Positions 37,237 through 47,215 are shown, numbered from the stretch's first letter. The stretch: DNA of 64,000 nucleotides from a virus (IMGVR_UViG_3300012940_000022:1-64000); one strand, 5' to 3'. Program-made: numbers and translations. Notes: generated from the letters alone by a model not told the origin.

Positions 37237-38043
37237 TTACTCACTCTCACTCGTACCCGACCAGTAACTCTTGAGGTCCGGCACGCCAAGAACCATCGCA
37301 TTTAGAGTGGTCAAGAGATCGAGATAGAAGTCACCAATCGCATCCATTTGATTATCAATTCTCTTGAACTGCACATGTGAATAACCGTCGGAGCGCATCG
37401 TCTCGTTATCGAAGACGAGGAGCCGTCTGGTCCCCTCGGTTGCCACATTCCGCAGTTGTCGAATAATGGTTCCGATGCCGTTGACTACGATCGAGCTAAG
37501 GAACTCGAAGGTACTCGGGTGGATATGCACGAATTCTGCGAGGTTTCTACACAGACTAGTCAACGAATTATCCCGCAATTGAAATGCGACGATTGATGCG
37601 AATGGTCGGGGCTTCGCGGCCGCAATGCCAAATCCGCCGCCAAGGGGCCGAAACGAACGGTCTCGATCAAACTGCGAATGGAGTAGTTCAAGTTTTTCGA
37701 GCGTCTCCATGAGCTCCGCTTTTGTTAGCGAACTCTTTACCTCGATAACTCCATACACGCAGGTAGATGGGATCGTCGCAGTGTCCATCATTGCAAATGG
37801 CGCGCCGTAAAGTCGATCGTAGATGATGATGTCGATCGCATGAGAAAGATTGCCGCTTGGGAATATAATCTGCCCCTTCTTGAGGCCATAGGCTGAAGGG
37901 AGCCGACTCTGAATGAATTCTTTGAGGATAGTCTCCACATTGTTCCCGCGATCGCCGCGGTGATCCCCGATGGCTTGTGCCACTCGGTAGTCGTCTGCAA
38001 TTCGCCTTGAAATTTCTCGAAAGATTTCGGGAACCGAGGTCAT
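37237..38043 (-). CDS. DUF6602-like PD-(D/E)XK nuclease-fold protein (moron, possibly defence)
   Basis: HRGDRGNNVE..LPSAYG..KGQII...SHAIDIIIYD...IPSTCVYGVIEVKSSL; visibly lower GC. Confidence 0.7.
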   Translation of the reverse strand: MTSVPEIFREISRRIADDYRVAQAIGDHRGDRGNNVETILKEFIQSRLPSAYGLKKGQIIFPSGNLSHAIDIIIYDRLYGAPFAMMDTATIPSTCVYGVIEVKSSLTKAELMETLEKLELLHSQFDRDRSFRPLGGGFGIAAAKPRPFASIVAFQLRDNSLTSLCRNLAEFVHIHPSTFEFLSSIVVNGIGTIIRQLRNVATEGTRRLLVFDNETMRSDGYSHVQFKRIDNQMDAIGDFYLDLLTTLNAMVLGVPDLKSYWSGTSESE

Positions 38044-38307
38044 CGCTTCTCTCCGGCCGATAGATCGAGGACAGAGTCACCGCTTATGCGACCGCTATCG
38101 ACCGTTCCGGCGACGGTCCGCTGGGACCATTTCATGACGGGCAATGCCACATCGGGTCATAGTGAGGAATGGTACCCTTTAGTAGAATAATCGCACCTCG
38201 CTTCAGATCCCCCTCAAGGGAGGCACGCAGCGCCCGCTCTCCCCAAAATTCGGCGGGCGTTTGCGTATCAACCACACTCAAGGCATCTTATGAGGAATGA
38301 CCGGCCT

Positions 38308-38351
38308 GGAGCTGGCGGGTGCCTCATGCACCGCCAGCTCCTTTTGCTTTT
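38308..38351 (+). terminator. Intrinsic terminator
   Basis: GGAGCTGGCGG...CCGCCAGCTCC followed by TTTTGCTTTT. Confidence 0.65.
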
Positions 38352-38373
38352 CGGCCGGCCGGAGGAGGAACCA

Positions 38374-38466
38374 GTGGAAAGTCATGGATGGACCGGAGCG
38401 GAGGGCGCAGCCACCTGGGTGGAGGCGCGACAGAAGACGGAAGCGCTGCTGAGAGCCTTGGGATGA
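38374..38466 (+). CDS. 30-aa micro-ORF
   Basis: GGAGGAGG RBS then GTG; MESHGWTGAEGAATWVEARQKTEALLRALG*. Confidence 0.4.
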   Translation: MESHGWTGAEGAATWVEARQKTEALLRALG

Positions 38467-38783
38467 ATTGCCATTGACCGGTGGGCTTGCGGGACGATCG
38501 ATATCGACGGTCAGCGAATGTACCTCGCGATGGCTGCTGCAGTGAGCATCCAGCGAATAACGCAGCCTTACTGAACCCACATCTCGCGGCAAACTGCTTC
38601 CGCTTCCTGCCACCGTTAGGTGGCCCAACGCCCTGCTGACAGAGTGAGTCAGCAGGGCGTTGTGGTCCTTTTTCCATTGGTTCGAATGCAGGACCACCCC
38701 GGACGAGTGGTGGCGCTGATGCTGCGTACGGGGAGCAAACGATCGGCATCTGGCGATCGTCGCGATCCGACTGGCATCACCGG

Positions 38784-38885
38784 ATGCCTAGGAAGGCGTC
38801 AGATGATGTATATATCGGACTCGGCACCGTGGTCGTCATCCTCCTCATCATTCTCATCATCATGATGCTCCGTGGATGCGCCTAA
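38784..38885 (+). CDS. Small single-TM peptide (...YIGLGTVVVILLIILIIMMLRGCA)
   Basis: Strongly hydrophobic frame followed by a terminator; the start is ambiguous (see findings). Confidence 0.5.
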   Translation: MPRKASDDVYIGLGTVVVILLIILIIMMLRGCA

Positions 38886-38906
38886 CGTCGCCAATCCGCT
38901 CTGAAC

Positions 38907-38947
38907 GCAAAACGCCCGGCGGGGATACCGCCGGGCATTGTTTTTGC
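38907..38947. terminator. Bidirectional terminator-like hairpin
   Basis: GCCCGGCGG...CCGCCGGGC flanked by A-rich and T-rich tracts. Confidence 0.6.
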
Positions 38948-39119
38948 GGAAATGTGGATCCGCTCCATCGAACGATGTGGAGATTTGTGCCCTGGTGACC
39001 CTTTGTATCAGAAGGGCGTTTTTGGGTTTACTGGAATCGGAGGACGCAGGCAGAAGAATGCAGAGCTCGAAGACGATCGAATCGTCTGGTCCGCAAATGG
39101 CCAACGCACGTTCCAGAAT

Positions 39120-39590
39120 CTACCCAAATTGTCGATTGACAAATTCGCCCCAGTAGCGCTCAAATTCTCGATCAAGGTACTCCGACAGGCGATCGTCTGC
39201 TGGCGTATCGGTTTTGATGGTCCACCCACCTACCGAACCATGGCTCGTGTTCGTTTCAATTCGGATCTCAGAGACCGCAGTAAACCGCCTCGCCCTAATC
39301 TCGAAGTTCGGTGACATATTGCGATGACCTGGCGCACTCCAGTGAAGACTGAACTCCTGCGTCGGACTTTCCTCAATTCTTCCGGGGAACACAGTTGCAC
39401 CTCCGATGTCCTCTTCATCATTGAGTCTCTGAGCAAAGCGTTGAAGTGCCGGATACACGACTTCGCGATAGATATTGTTCGTGCTGATGATTCGCTGCTC
39501 TTGAGCCTTCTTCAGCGTGTCCTCTCGCTCTGCCTTAGCACGTTCAGCGGCCATACGCATGTCACGCAGAGAAGGTCGTTCTTCGGTCAT
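39120..39590 (-). CDS. Hypothetical protein (moron)
   Basis: AGGAG RBS; protein-like composition. Confidence 0.6.
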   Translation of the reverse strand: MTEERPSLRDMRMAAERAKAEREDTLKKAQEQRIISTNNIYREVVYPALQRFAQRLNDEEDIGGATVFPGRIEESPTQEFSLHWSAPGHRNMSPNFEIRARRFTAVSEIRIETNTSHGSVGGWTIKTDTPADDRLSEYLDREFERYWGEFVNRQFG

Positions 39591-39680
39591 TTTGCGATAC
39601 TCCTGCTTCGAGTAAAAGCGAACACACTTGACGTTTATGCTTCAAAGCGGACCTTGGATTGGCGCTCTCCTGGTTCTTCG

Positions 39681-40268
39681 TCAGATACTCTGCGACGAGT
39701 TCTGGTTCGGCGCGTTCGAGGCCTGAGCTGCCGCTCGCCGCCGCAGGAGCCCTCGCCGTTGGACCACCGCCAGATATGTGCGACCAAATGCAAGCGCGGC
39801 TGCTTCGAGTTCTGCTCGGCCCCGACACCCGATAACGCGCGCATCCTCCTCCGCCGTCCATCGCTCCATCACGCGGTTTGCCGTCGCAATGGTTCGCACG
39901 TGTTGTTCCTGATCTCGCGCCGACCGAATTGCCCGATTGCGGAGCACCTGCTCGGGATGCGCCGCAATGTAGCGGCGGCCCGCTGCCCGCAATTGCGCTC
40001 GATCTCGCTTCTGCGGCGTCTTGGGGGTCGGGCGAGGACAGGTGCGATGGCGGTTGGCGTGCGCTTTCCGGGCAGCAATCAGATTCCCACAGGCGACGCA
40101 CGTCACCCAGTAGATCTTGCTGACGAGGCCCTCACGCCGAATGCGCTCCCTCGTAAACCGCACCTGTTGAAACGTGACGCCCATGCGCTCGGCGAGCGCA
40201 CGGATAGAAATGCTCGGATCGGACCAGGCGATCTCGGCGATCTGCTCGGCTGAAAGGGGCTTCGTCAT
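39681..40268 (-). CDS. HTH/Zn-finger-containing hypothetical protein
   Basis: DPSISIRALAERMGVTFQQVR; CVACG...C; C-terminal WTAEED..AFGRTYLAV (Myb/GcrA-like). Confidence 0.6.
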   Translation of the reverse strand: MTKPLSAEQIAEIAWSDPSISIRALAERMGVTFQQVRFTRERIRREGLVSKIYWVTCVACGNLIAARKAHANRHRTCPRPTPKTPQKRDRAQLRAAGRRYIAAHPEQVLRNRAIRSARDQEQHVRTIATANRVMERWTAEEDARVIGCRGRAELEAAALAFGRTYLAVVQRRGLLRRRAAAQASNAPNQNSSQSI

Positions 40269-40332
40269 AGTGCGGCACTGTGTTGCCGATTGAGGCCTCG
40301 GCACGGTACTCGACTCACGTGATCACCGCCGA

Positions 40333-41196
40333 TCAGGATTCGCAGCCGATGCCGTCATGGTCGCCGTCGAAGTTATGCGGATCCGGCGGGAGCACCGTAA
40401 ATCGACGGTACGGGATATCTCCGCAGTCGAGGTCGCCTGCCTGCGAAACCGGCGGGATGCAGACGCCGGGATACGACGGATCACATGAGCCCTGGCTGGC
40501 GAGTCCCACGCCGGAAGCTGACGGTGCCGCCGGTGCCGGTGCCGGAGTAGGCTGAGCAAGTGGCGTATCAGCCCCGCCGCAGACACTCCAAAGGCCGCGC
40601 CCGGCCGCCTGGGCACTGTCCTGGGCCATCGTCAGATAGTCGACGTACTCGACATCCGGCGGAAAAGTGTCGAGGACGGCATAGCCATCTCGCACCATCG
40701 CGTCCTGCACGAGGCGGTAGCGGCCCTCTCCTTGCTCGACCCAGACCGAGCGCAGCAGGCGGTCGTAGCGATCGGTTTCGCTCACATCTTTGTCGAGGTA
40801 AATGAGTGTCTTGTGCGGAATGATCGACGCCAGGTAATTCGCTGCTTCCTGGCCGTAACACTCAACCGGGGTATTCGGATCGTGGAGTTCCGGCGTGTCA
40901 ATGCCGATCAGGCGGACCGTGAAGCGGTCGTGGCCGATCGAGACCTTGATCGTGTCACCATCAACGATCTCTTGGACCCGCGCTTTGCGGACGCCGGCCG
41001 GTAGCTCGGGGCGAACGAAGCCGGTTTGGTCGATGCTCGGGAGGTCTGGACACTCCCAGCCCTGAAGCTGCGCGTCCTCGCGTGCCAGAAAGTGGCTACA
41101 GCCGTCAGCAGCCGTTGTCGGTGCGCCCGTTTCGAGCGGGGCGACAGCCAGAACGAGTGTGAAAAGTGAGACGAGGCGGAGAATGCGTCGCACCAT
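40333..41196 (-). CDS. Secreted thermonuclease (SNase) with C-terminal Excalibur-like Ca-binding domain
   Basis: Signal peptide; VDGDT, VRLIGIDTPE, DRYDRLLR, GRGLW; CDPSYPGVCIPP...DLDC...DPHNFDGDHDGIGCE. Confidence 0.88.
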   Translation of the reverse strand: MVRRILRLVSLFTLVLAVAPLETGAPTTAADGCSHFLAREDAQLQGWECPDLPSIDQTGFVRPELPAGVRKARVQEIVDGDTIKVSIGHDRFTVRLIGIDTPELHDPNTPVECYGQEAANYLASIIPHKTLIYLDKDVSETDRYDRLLRSVWVEQGEGRYRLVQDAMVRDGYAVLDTFPPDVEYVDYLTMAQDSAQAAGRGLWSVCGGADTPLAQPTPAPAPAAPSASGVGLASQGSCDPSYPGVCIPPVSQAGDLDCGDIPYRRFTVLPPDPHNFDGDHDGIGCES

Positions 41197-41543
41197 CCCA
41201 TGCTCCCAATGATTGCCGCTACTGCGGTGAAGAGAAGTACTCTTCAATCGCCTTCGTGATTGCGTTCTTGGCCAATTCGTAGGTCGCCGAAGATAAATCT
41301 GGAATCTCATCGAGAGCGCCGCTCGCACTCCAGAACGATCAATGCCGACCGCTCGTCACAGCGACCTGTCAGGCGCAAGAACGCAGCACCACGTGCAGAG
41401 CTGTTGAGCTGCATCTCGCCACCTGGTCGTGCGACATGTTCGACGAGAGACCGAGAGCGCCGATGTTGCGGCCACTTTGATCGCCCCCGCGACGCAGATT
41501 GATCGGAAAGGCCGGAGACTAGTACCTAGCCTGGCCGCTCCGG

Positions 41544-41855
41544 TCAGCTCTCCTCAGCGCTTCCGGGCTTTGTTCGACCGTCTTTCGCATCAATTGCGGC
41601 GCTTATTGCATTCGTGAAGAGCTCATCGTCCTGCTGACGCGTATCCATCTCGAAAAACCCCGGAGCTAAGGTGAACTTATGTCCGGTTTGCTCCAATTCG
41701 TTGAGTGCCGCCATGTACGTGGCACTTCCAGCGTCAAAAGGCACCTCAGCGTGGCGACTACCATCACTTTCATGAATGACAGCGAAGCCTCGTAACTGGT
41801 CACCAGAACTAAACACACGCAGTCTCTTCAGTTCCACCAAAACTCTGTCTGACAT
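41544..41855 (-). CDS. Hypothetical protein
   Basis: AAAGGAG RBS directly after the nuclease gene stop. Confidence 0.55.
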   Translation of the reverse strand: MSDRVLVELKRLRVFSSGDQLRGFAVIHESDGSRHAEVPFDAGSATYMAALNELEQTGHKFTLAPGFFEMDTRQQDDELFTNAISAAIDAKDGRTKPGSAEES

Positions 41856-41867
41856 CTCCAACTCCTT

Positions 41868-42878
41868 TCAGTCGAGCCAGATGGCTACGCCGCCGTGGCC
41901 CGAGCACATTCCCCGATGATTCAGTGAATAGGAATACGTCCCGTCATTGCACTGCGCGGTTGCGCCGCTGGGGTTGTCGCCCGGACTCGGCACCCAGATG
42001 CCGTCGACGTTGTAATAGCCGTCGCCGCCGCCACTGTCGGCATACCCACTGCCGTCGTCGGCGGAGCTGCTTCCACTCGAATCGCCGTACGAGAGTCCCT
42101 GCTGCTGATCGACGCCGAAGTAGACCTCGCACGCCCGGCCGTCATAGTTCGGATCGAGATAGGGTTGCGTGTCTGGATGCGCGGCGTAATAGACATTGGC
42201 TTCGTCAAACGACGCGAATGGGCTGCAATCGGTAATGAGCGCGGCTTCCGGAACTGGCGTGGGCGTCGGCGGGACCGCAGTCGGAACCGGCGTGTTCGTC
42301 GCCTTGGGTTTCGGGGATTCGTGCACGCCGCCGCAGGCGCCCCACAGCCCGGCCTTGTTGTCCTGAGCTTCGGTCTGAAGTTCTTGCAGCCGGTGGTAGT
42401 ACTTCGGATTGTCTTTGCGATCGTCGAAGCCGGCGTAGCCCTCGCGGACCAACTTCGTGTTCAGGAGCGCGGCCTTTGCTCCGCCCTTGCCGGGAATCCA
42501 GAGATAGCGGATCGGCCGGTCTTTGCCGTCCAGATTGACGCCGGATTGCTCCAAGTAGACGAGCGTGCCGATCGGCAGCAGTTCTTCGACCCGGGCCTTC
42601 GACTCGGCCCGGTAGCACTCGCCGGGCTCTGGCGCGTCGATGCCGGCGAACAGGATTTCTTGATCGAATCCGTCGATCTCGATGACGATCTTGTCGCCGT
42701 CGCTGTAGTCGGCAATCGTGGCCGCTTCGGCAGACTCCGGCACGCCGTTCGGCCAGGAGGACTTCAGGGCTCCCGGACCGGCCAGTGCCACGTGTGATGC
42801 CAGTGACATCAGCAGCACCAGCAGACCGAACGTTCGCACAACGAACGCACTCTGACCGCGATCTCGCACCCGACTCAT
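41868..42878 (-). CDS. Secreted SNase-like protein with Excalibur-like and DUF3761-like domains
   Basis: TM/signal; SDGDK, ILFAGIDAPE, AGLWGAC; LDPNYDGRACE; ATAQCNDGTYSYS..HRGMCSGHGGV. Confidence 0.8.
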   Translation of the reverse strand: MSRVRDRGQSAFVVRTFGLLVLLMSLASHVALAGPGALKSSWPNGVPESAEAATIADYSDGDKIVIEIDGFDQEILFAGIDAPEPGECYRAESKARVEELLPIGTLVYLEQSGVNLDGKDRPIRYLWIPGKGGAKAALLNTKLVREGYAGFDDRKDNPKYYHRLQELQTEAQDNKAGLWGACGGVHESPKPKATNTPVPTAVPPTPTPVPEAALITDCSPFASFDEANVYYAAHPDTQPYLDPNYDGRACEVYFGVDQQQGLSYGDSSGSSSADDGSGYADSGGGDGYYNVDGIWVPSPGDNPSGATAQCNDGTYSYSLNHRGMCSGHGGVAIWLD

Positions 42879-43243
42879 ATGCTCCCCCGACTGCAGCCGC
42901 AACTCTCCGGTTCACGGCGCGCGTTAACGACCACGCCCACCGCGAGCGCGGTGGCGTTGATCCCTGGCTGATGGCTATCTGCAACGCTGAGTGCAATGAT
43001 CGGGGATAGTCTAGCGAGCGAAGAGAACGCTGCACAGAATGATTAGTCTGGGGATCATGGGGCGTTCAGCGAATACGACGGGGTACTTTGATACCGCTCG
43101 CCCGCATTCACTGCGCCAGTTGCCGGGCGAGACCGGCGACCTCTCACCTATCTGAAAGCAGAAACCCACCATTCGCGAAGTTCCCGCTGACCCTCGCAAT
43201 GCTCTTCAATGATTTGACGTGCGGCGCCGGGATACTCGCGTTT

Positions 43244-43930
43244 TCAGAATGATCCCTGACGAGCGATCGGCTCGATCAGACCCGGATCGTCGTTGCCGGC
43301 ATTGCCGACCCGAGGTGAGACGGGATAGGCCTCGAGCGCGTCGCTGTCAAAGGGTTTGAGCAGTGGCAGCACCGCCTCGGGCTCGGTCAACTCGCGGTCG
43401 AGCCACACCTCTTCATCCTCGGGGTGCAGAATCACCGGCATGCGGTCGTGGATGCCGGCAATCGCTTCGGCCGGTGTGGTGGTGATAATCGCGTAGGTGA
43501 TCACCCATTGGTCGGCTTCGTTCCTGAACTCCTCCCAGAGCCCAGCGAAAGCGAAAACGTCTTCATCCTTGAGATGAATGTAATACGGCTGCTTCTTGCC
43601 TTTATCGCCCTGCCACTCGTAATAGCCAGATGCCGGGACAATACAGCGCCGCTTCCTGATCGAATCCTTCCACGTGTTGGTCTCGGTGACGGTTTCGGCC
43701 CTGGCATTGATCGGCGCTTTGTATTTGCCGCCCGGCTTCCACCACGGTTTCTTCAGCCCCCACTCCATGAGGCGAAGCTCGCGCTGCCCGTCCTTGTTCT
43801 CTGCGATCACCGGCAGTTGCTGGCTCGGGGCGAGGTTGTAACCCAACTGAATGTGATCGGCGATCACGCCAACCCTGAACCGTTCGATGATGCCGGCTTC
43901 AGTGCCGGCAATGACGTAGCGTCCACACAT
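43244..43930 (-). CDS. SRAP (YedK/HMCES-like) SOS response-associated peptidase
   Basis: MCGRY N-terminus, INARAET, RRCIVPASGYYEW, HDRMPVIL. Confidence 0.93.
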   Translation of the reverse strand: MCGRYVIAGTEAGIIERFRVGVIADHIQLGYNLAPSQQLPVIAENKDGQRELRLMEWGLKKPWWKPGGKYKAPINARAETVTETNTWKDSIRKRRCIVPASGYYEWQGDKGKKQPYYIHLKDEDVFAFAGLWEEFRNEADQWVITYAIITTTPAEAIAGIHDRMPVILHPEDEEVWLDRELTEPEAVLPLLKPFDSDALEAYPVSPRVGNAGNDDPGLIEPIARQGSF

Positions 43931-44078
43931 GGCGCACTTCCCTCCGCGACAACTCGGATCGTACCTGATTTCCCGCCTCGGGTCACTTTTCCCCCGTCGT
44001 CTCCGCGTAATTCTCGAAAACGCCGCATGCCGTGAATAGCATGCCGCCAACGGCAACCCCGTTGGAGGACCCGGCGTC

Positions 44079-45500
44079 ATGCGCGATCAGCTCAACCTGG
44101 CAACCAGTGCCCGCGTCACCGCGTTCAAAGGCGAGGACCTGCTGGCGATCGCGCGCGAGCGTGCCCCCGACCCGACGGTCTTTGACGAGCGCGGCGCCTT
44201 CTTCTGGCGCGCCGAAATCTCCAATAGCTCGCTCGACTTCTACTTCACGCGCATGTCCGAGAAGACGCTCAAGAACTTCGCCCAGGCGGCCACGGACGGC
44301 ATCTCGTTCCAGGACAGCCACAACTGGGAAAAGCTCGGTTACGGGCAGTCGCTGCGCGGCATGTTCTACAAGGCGATCGAAGACGACGAATACGGCATTC
44401 CCTTGCATCGGGTCGAGGCCGACTTTTTCACCATTCCCGGCATCGCCATCAACGGCGTGAACACCACCGATTTCATCGACGCGGTCCGCTCCGGCGTCAC
44501 CCGCGACGTATCGGTCGGCTTCTACGCCGACGAGACGCGCTGCTCCATCTGCGGGAACGAGCTCTTCCAGGGCTGGTTCGGCGGCTGGTATGGCGCGTGT
44601 GATCACGTGCCCGGCATTGAGTACGGCCTGGTCGATGAGGACGGCAAGCCGCTCATCGGCGAGGACGGCAAGAAGGTCAAGAAGCTGGCGTTCGCCTGGA
44701 TCGAGGACGGTCACCTGACCGAAACGAGCCAGGTCTACGACGGCGCCACGCCGAACGCCGCCAACCTCAAAGCCGAATTGATGGCCGCCGCCGGCGCGCT
44801 CGACGACGCGAGCCGCGCCCTGATCGAGCGGCGCTACCGCCGCAGTCTCCCGAGTCCCCGCAGTCAGTTCGCCGTGCCCGGCGAGAAAGGACAGCCCATG
44901 ACCCTCGCCCAGCGCAAACCGGCAGCCAAGCGCACGGAAGAGCCGGCGAAGCCGGTGGTCGAGCCGGAAACCCCAGTCGAAGAGCCGACGACTCCCGAAC
45001 CGGCCGCGCCCGTCAGCGAACCGGAAGAGGAAGAGACCGTCATCCTCGACGACCTCGAAGAGGCGACACCCGAGCCGGAGGCCGACGCCGAGCCGGCCGA
45101 CGAAGCCGCGGAGTACGAAGAGATCCGCGCCGTCTACAAGGACCGCGGCATCACCCTCGGCACCAGCCGCAACAAGGCGATCCGCATGCTCGCCGACAAG
45201 GTGATCGAGCAGCGCGATCTCGCGAAAGTCGGACGGATGTTCCGCACCGAGTTGGAGCGCGATGTCGAGGCTTCGCTCGTCCGCGCCAAGGGGGCGGATG
45301 AAACCAAGCTCGCCACCTATCGCAGCCTGTTCAAACGATCGACGGTCGAAGAACTGAAGCAGCTCCGCGCCGACTTCGAAGAGGAAGCGACGGCCCGGTT
45401 CCCGGGCCGTCGCATCACCCGCGACACCGGACCGGCGCCGGAGCACGAACAAGACCCGCAGCCACAAGCGGCTCCGGCGGGAGCCTACCGAGCGCCGTAA
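44079..45500 (+). CDS. Prohead protease / scaffold fusion
   Basis: DSHNW, DVSVGF...CSICG...CDHVPG, ETSQVYDGATPNA; acidic linker and helical scaffold-like C-terminus. Confidence 0.75.
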   Translation: MRDQLNLATSARVTAFKGEDLLAIARERAPDPTVFDERGAFFWRAEISNSSLDFYFTRMSEKTLKNFAQAATDGISFQDSHNWEKLGYGQSLRGMFYKAIEDDEYGIPLHRVEADFFTIPGIAINGVNTTDFIDAVRSGVTRDVSVGFYADETRCSICGNELFQGWFGGWYGACDHVPGIEYGLVDEDGKPLIGEDGKKVKKLAFAWIEDGHLTETSQVYDGATPNAANLKAELMAAAGALDDASRALIERRYRRSLPSPRSQFAVPGEKGQPMTLAQRKPAAKRTEEPAKPVVEPETPVEEPTTPEPAAPVSEPEEEETVILDDLEEATPEPEADAEPADEAAEYEEIRAVYKDRGITLGTSRNKAIRMLADKVIEQRDLAKVGRMFRTELERDVEASLVRAKGADETKLATYRSLFKRSTVEELKQLRADFEEEATARFPGRRITRDTGPAPEHEQDPQPQAAPAGAYRAP

Positions 45501-45550
45501 GCGCGTGCGATTGGACCTAACCGGCCGCAGGGCCGAACGGAGGAAGAACG

Positions 45551-45949
45551 ATGGCGAATCCACGCGCAACCGTCCGCTACGACGAGATCGGCACGCTCGA
45601 CGTGACCTTCAAGACGGACAACACGATTACCTACGATCGCACCAAGCCCGGCGGCAGCGACCAGGTCGGACTTGCGGTCACGCTGGCAGCGGACGACACC
45701 GCCGGTCTGATCGGCGACGGCGAGCAACTGCTCGGCATCTTGCAGCGAGTTGAAGCCGATGGCAAAGCGCTCGTTCGCATTCGCGGTTACGCCTACGCCA
45801 AGGCGGGCACCGGTGCCACATTGACGCTCGGCGGAGGCATTGTCGGCGCGCTGCTCTCGACCGCTGAGGGCTACATCAAGACCGGCACTGGCCGGGGATT
45901 CATCCAGAACAACGACGACACCACGAAGGTGCTCATCTATCTCTTCTAG
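45551..45949 (+). CDS. Head decoration/capsid cement protein
   Basis: Small Gly-rich beta protein between the protease and capsid genes. Confidence 0.65.
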   Translation: MANPRATVRYDEIGTLDVTFKTDNTITYDRTKPGGSDQVGLAVTLAADDTAGLIGDGEQLLGILQRVEADGKALVRIRGYAYAKAGTGATLTLGGGIVGALLSTAEGYIKTGTGRGFIQNNDDTTKVLIYLF

Positions 45950-46005
45950 GCAACCGGCTCTGTAACGAGCAAGCAGGCCGGTTGACCCGGCGGAGGTTTT
46001 CGCAG

Positions 46006-47190
46006 ATGACGCGAGCGCAAGAGCTCCAGGGGCGCATCTCAATCCGCTCCATGGAGGACGCTTTCAAGGCCGGCAAGAGCCTCTCCCGCTGGCTGGAGGA
46101 GCAGGACCCGTCGGCCGAATACAAAGACGGCATGGATGCCTTCGAACGGCAGCTCATGCTCCATAACATCAAGACTGGCACCGATATGTCCGCCGGCTAC
46201 TATGCCGACGAATTCGACGCTTTCAGCAGGGGTGGCGAAGCGACGAAAGTGCTAGGCGTTGAGTTTCTTTCTCGCTGCTGGCGCGCGGTGAAATTCGGCA
46301 GCACCCGAGCGCTCTACGGCTCGGACGACAGCGGCGTCGGCACGGCGATGCGCCCCTACTTCGATGCGGCAGTCGAGCGGTCGAGCCAGATCGCGCCAGC
46401 GATACCGATCTCTGAGGCTGTGGCAATCACCACGCCGATCAACACCAATGTCTACCGGGCGGTGTACCTGCTCGACGATGTTGCCGAAGAGCGGATGGTT
46501 CGCGTCACCGAAGGCGGCGAGATTCCCGGCGCGACCCTGAAGAGCGCGGAGCACGCGACCGACCTCTTCAAATACGGTCGCAAGATCAAGGCGACCTACG
46601 AACAGCTTCGGCGCATTCGCATCGACACCATCGGCTTCCATCTCTCCCGGATGGCGGCGCAGGCGGAATCCGACAAACTGCCGACCATCATGGATGTGAT
46701 GACCGTTGGCGACGGGAACAGCAACGCGGCGCCGGTGGTCGATCTGACCGATCTTGATCCGGACGCGACTGCGGGGACGCTGACCCTGAAGGCCTGGCTG
46801 AAGTTCAAGATGCTCTTCCGCAATCCGTACGCGCTCACGCACGCGCTTGCGCAGGACGATGTCGCGCTGCAACTGATGCTCCTTGACTCCGGATCGGCAA
46901 ATATCCCGCTCGTGGCACTTACGCAGGGCGGCGGTTTCGGTGGCTTTGATCCGATCAATCCTGAGCTACGCGACAACGTTCGGCTGGGATTCACCGAGGA
47001 CGCGCCCGCGGACAAGATCGTCGGGTTTGATAAGCGGTTCGCGATCGAACGGGTGACCGAAATTGGCTCCAACATCACTGAAACCACGCAGTGGATCACC
47101 AATCAGACCCGCGAGCTCGTGATGAGCGAGGTCGAAGGTTTTGCCAAGATCGATGACAAGGCCGTGCAGGTACTGAACCTCGCCGCCTAA
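46006..47190 (+). CDS. Major capsid protein (HK97 fold)
   Basis: VTEGGEIP...KYGRKIKATYE..RR; size and position; GGAGG RBS. Confidence 0.85.
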   Translation: MTRAQELQGRISIRSMEDAFKAGKSLSRWLEEQDPSAEYKDGMDAFERQLMLHNIKTGTDMSAGYYADEFDAFSRGGEATKVLGVEFLSRCWRAVKFGSTRALYGSDDSGVGTAMRPYFDAAVERSSQIAPAIPISEAVAITTPINTNVYRAVYLLDDVAEERMVRVTEGGEIPGATLKSAEHATDLFKYGRKIKATYEQLRRIRIDTIGFHLSRMAAQAESDKLPTIMDVMTVGDGNSNAAPVVDLTDLDPDATAGTLTLKAWLKFKMLFRNPYALTHALAQDDVALQLMLLDSGSANIPLVALTQGGGFGGFDPINPELRDNVRLGFTEDAPADKIVGFDKRFAIERVTEIGSNITETTQWITNQTRELVMSEVEGFAKIDDKAVQVLNLAA

Positions 47191-47215
47191 GTCTTCTCAG
47201 CAATTGCCGCAGGAA

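Noticed and set aside
39324-40253. 309-aa plus-strand ORF
   Set aside because: Arg/Ser-rich shadow of two better-supported minus-strand genes.
43983-45569. 528-aa minus-strand ORF
   Set aside because: Antisense shadow of the protease/scaffold gene.
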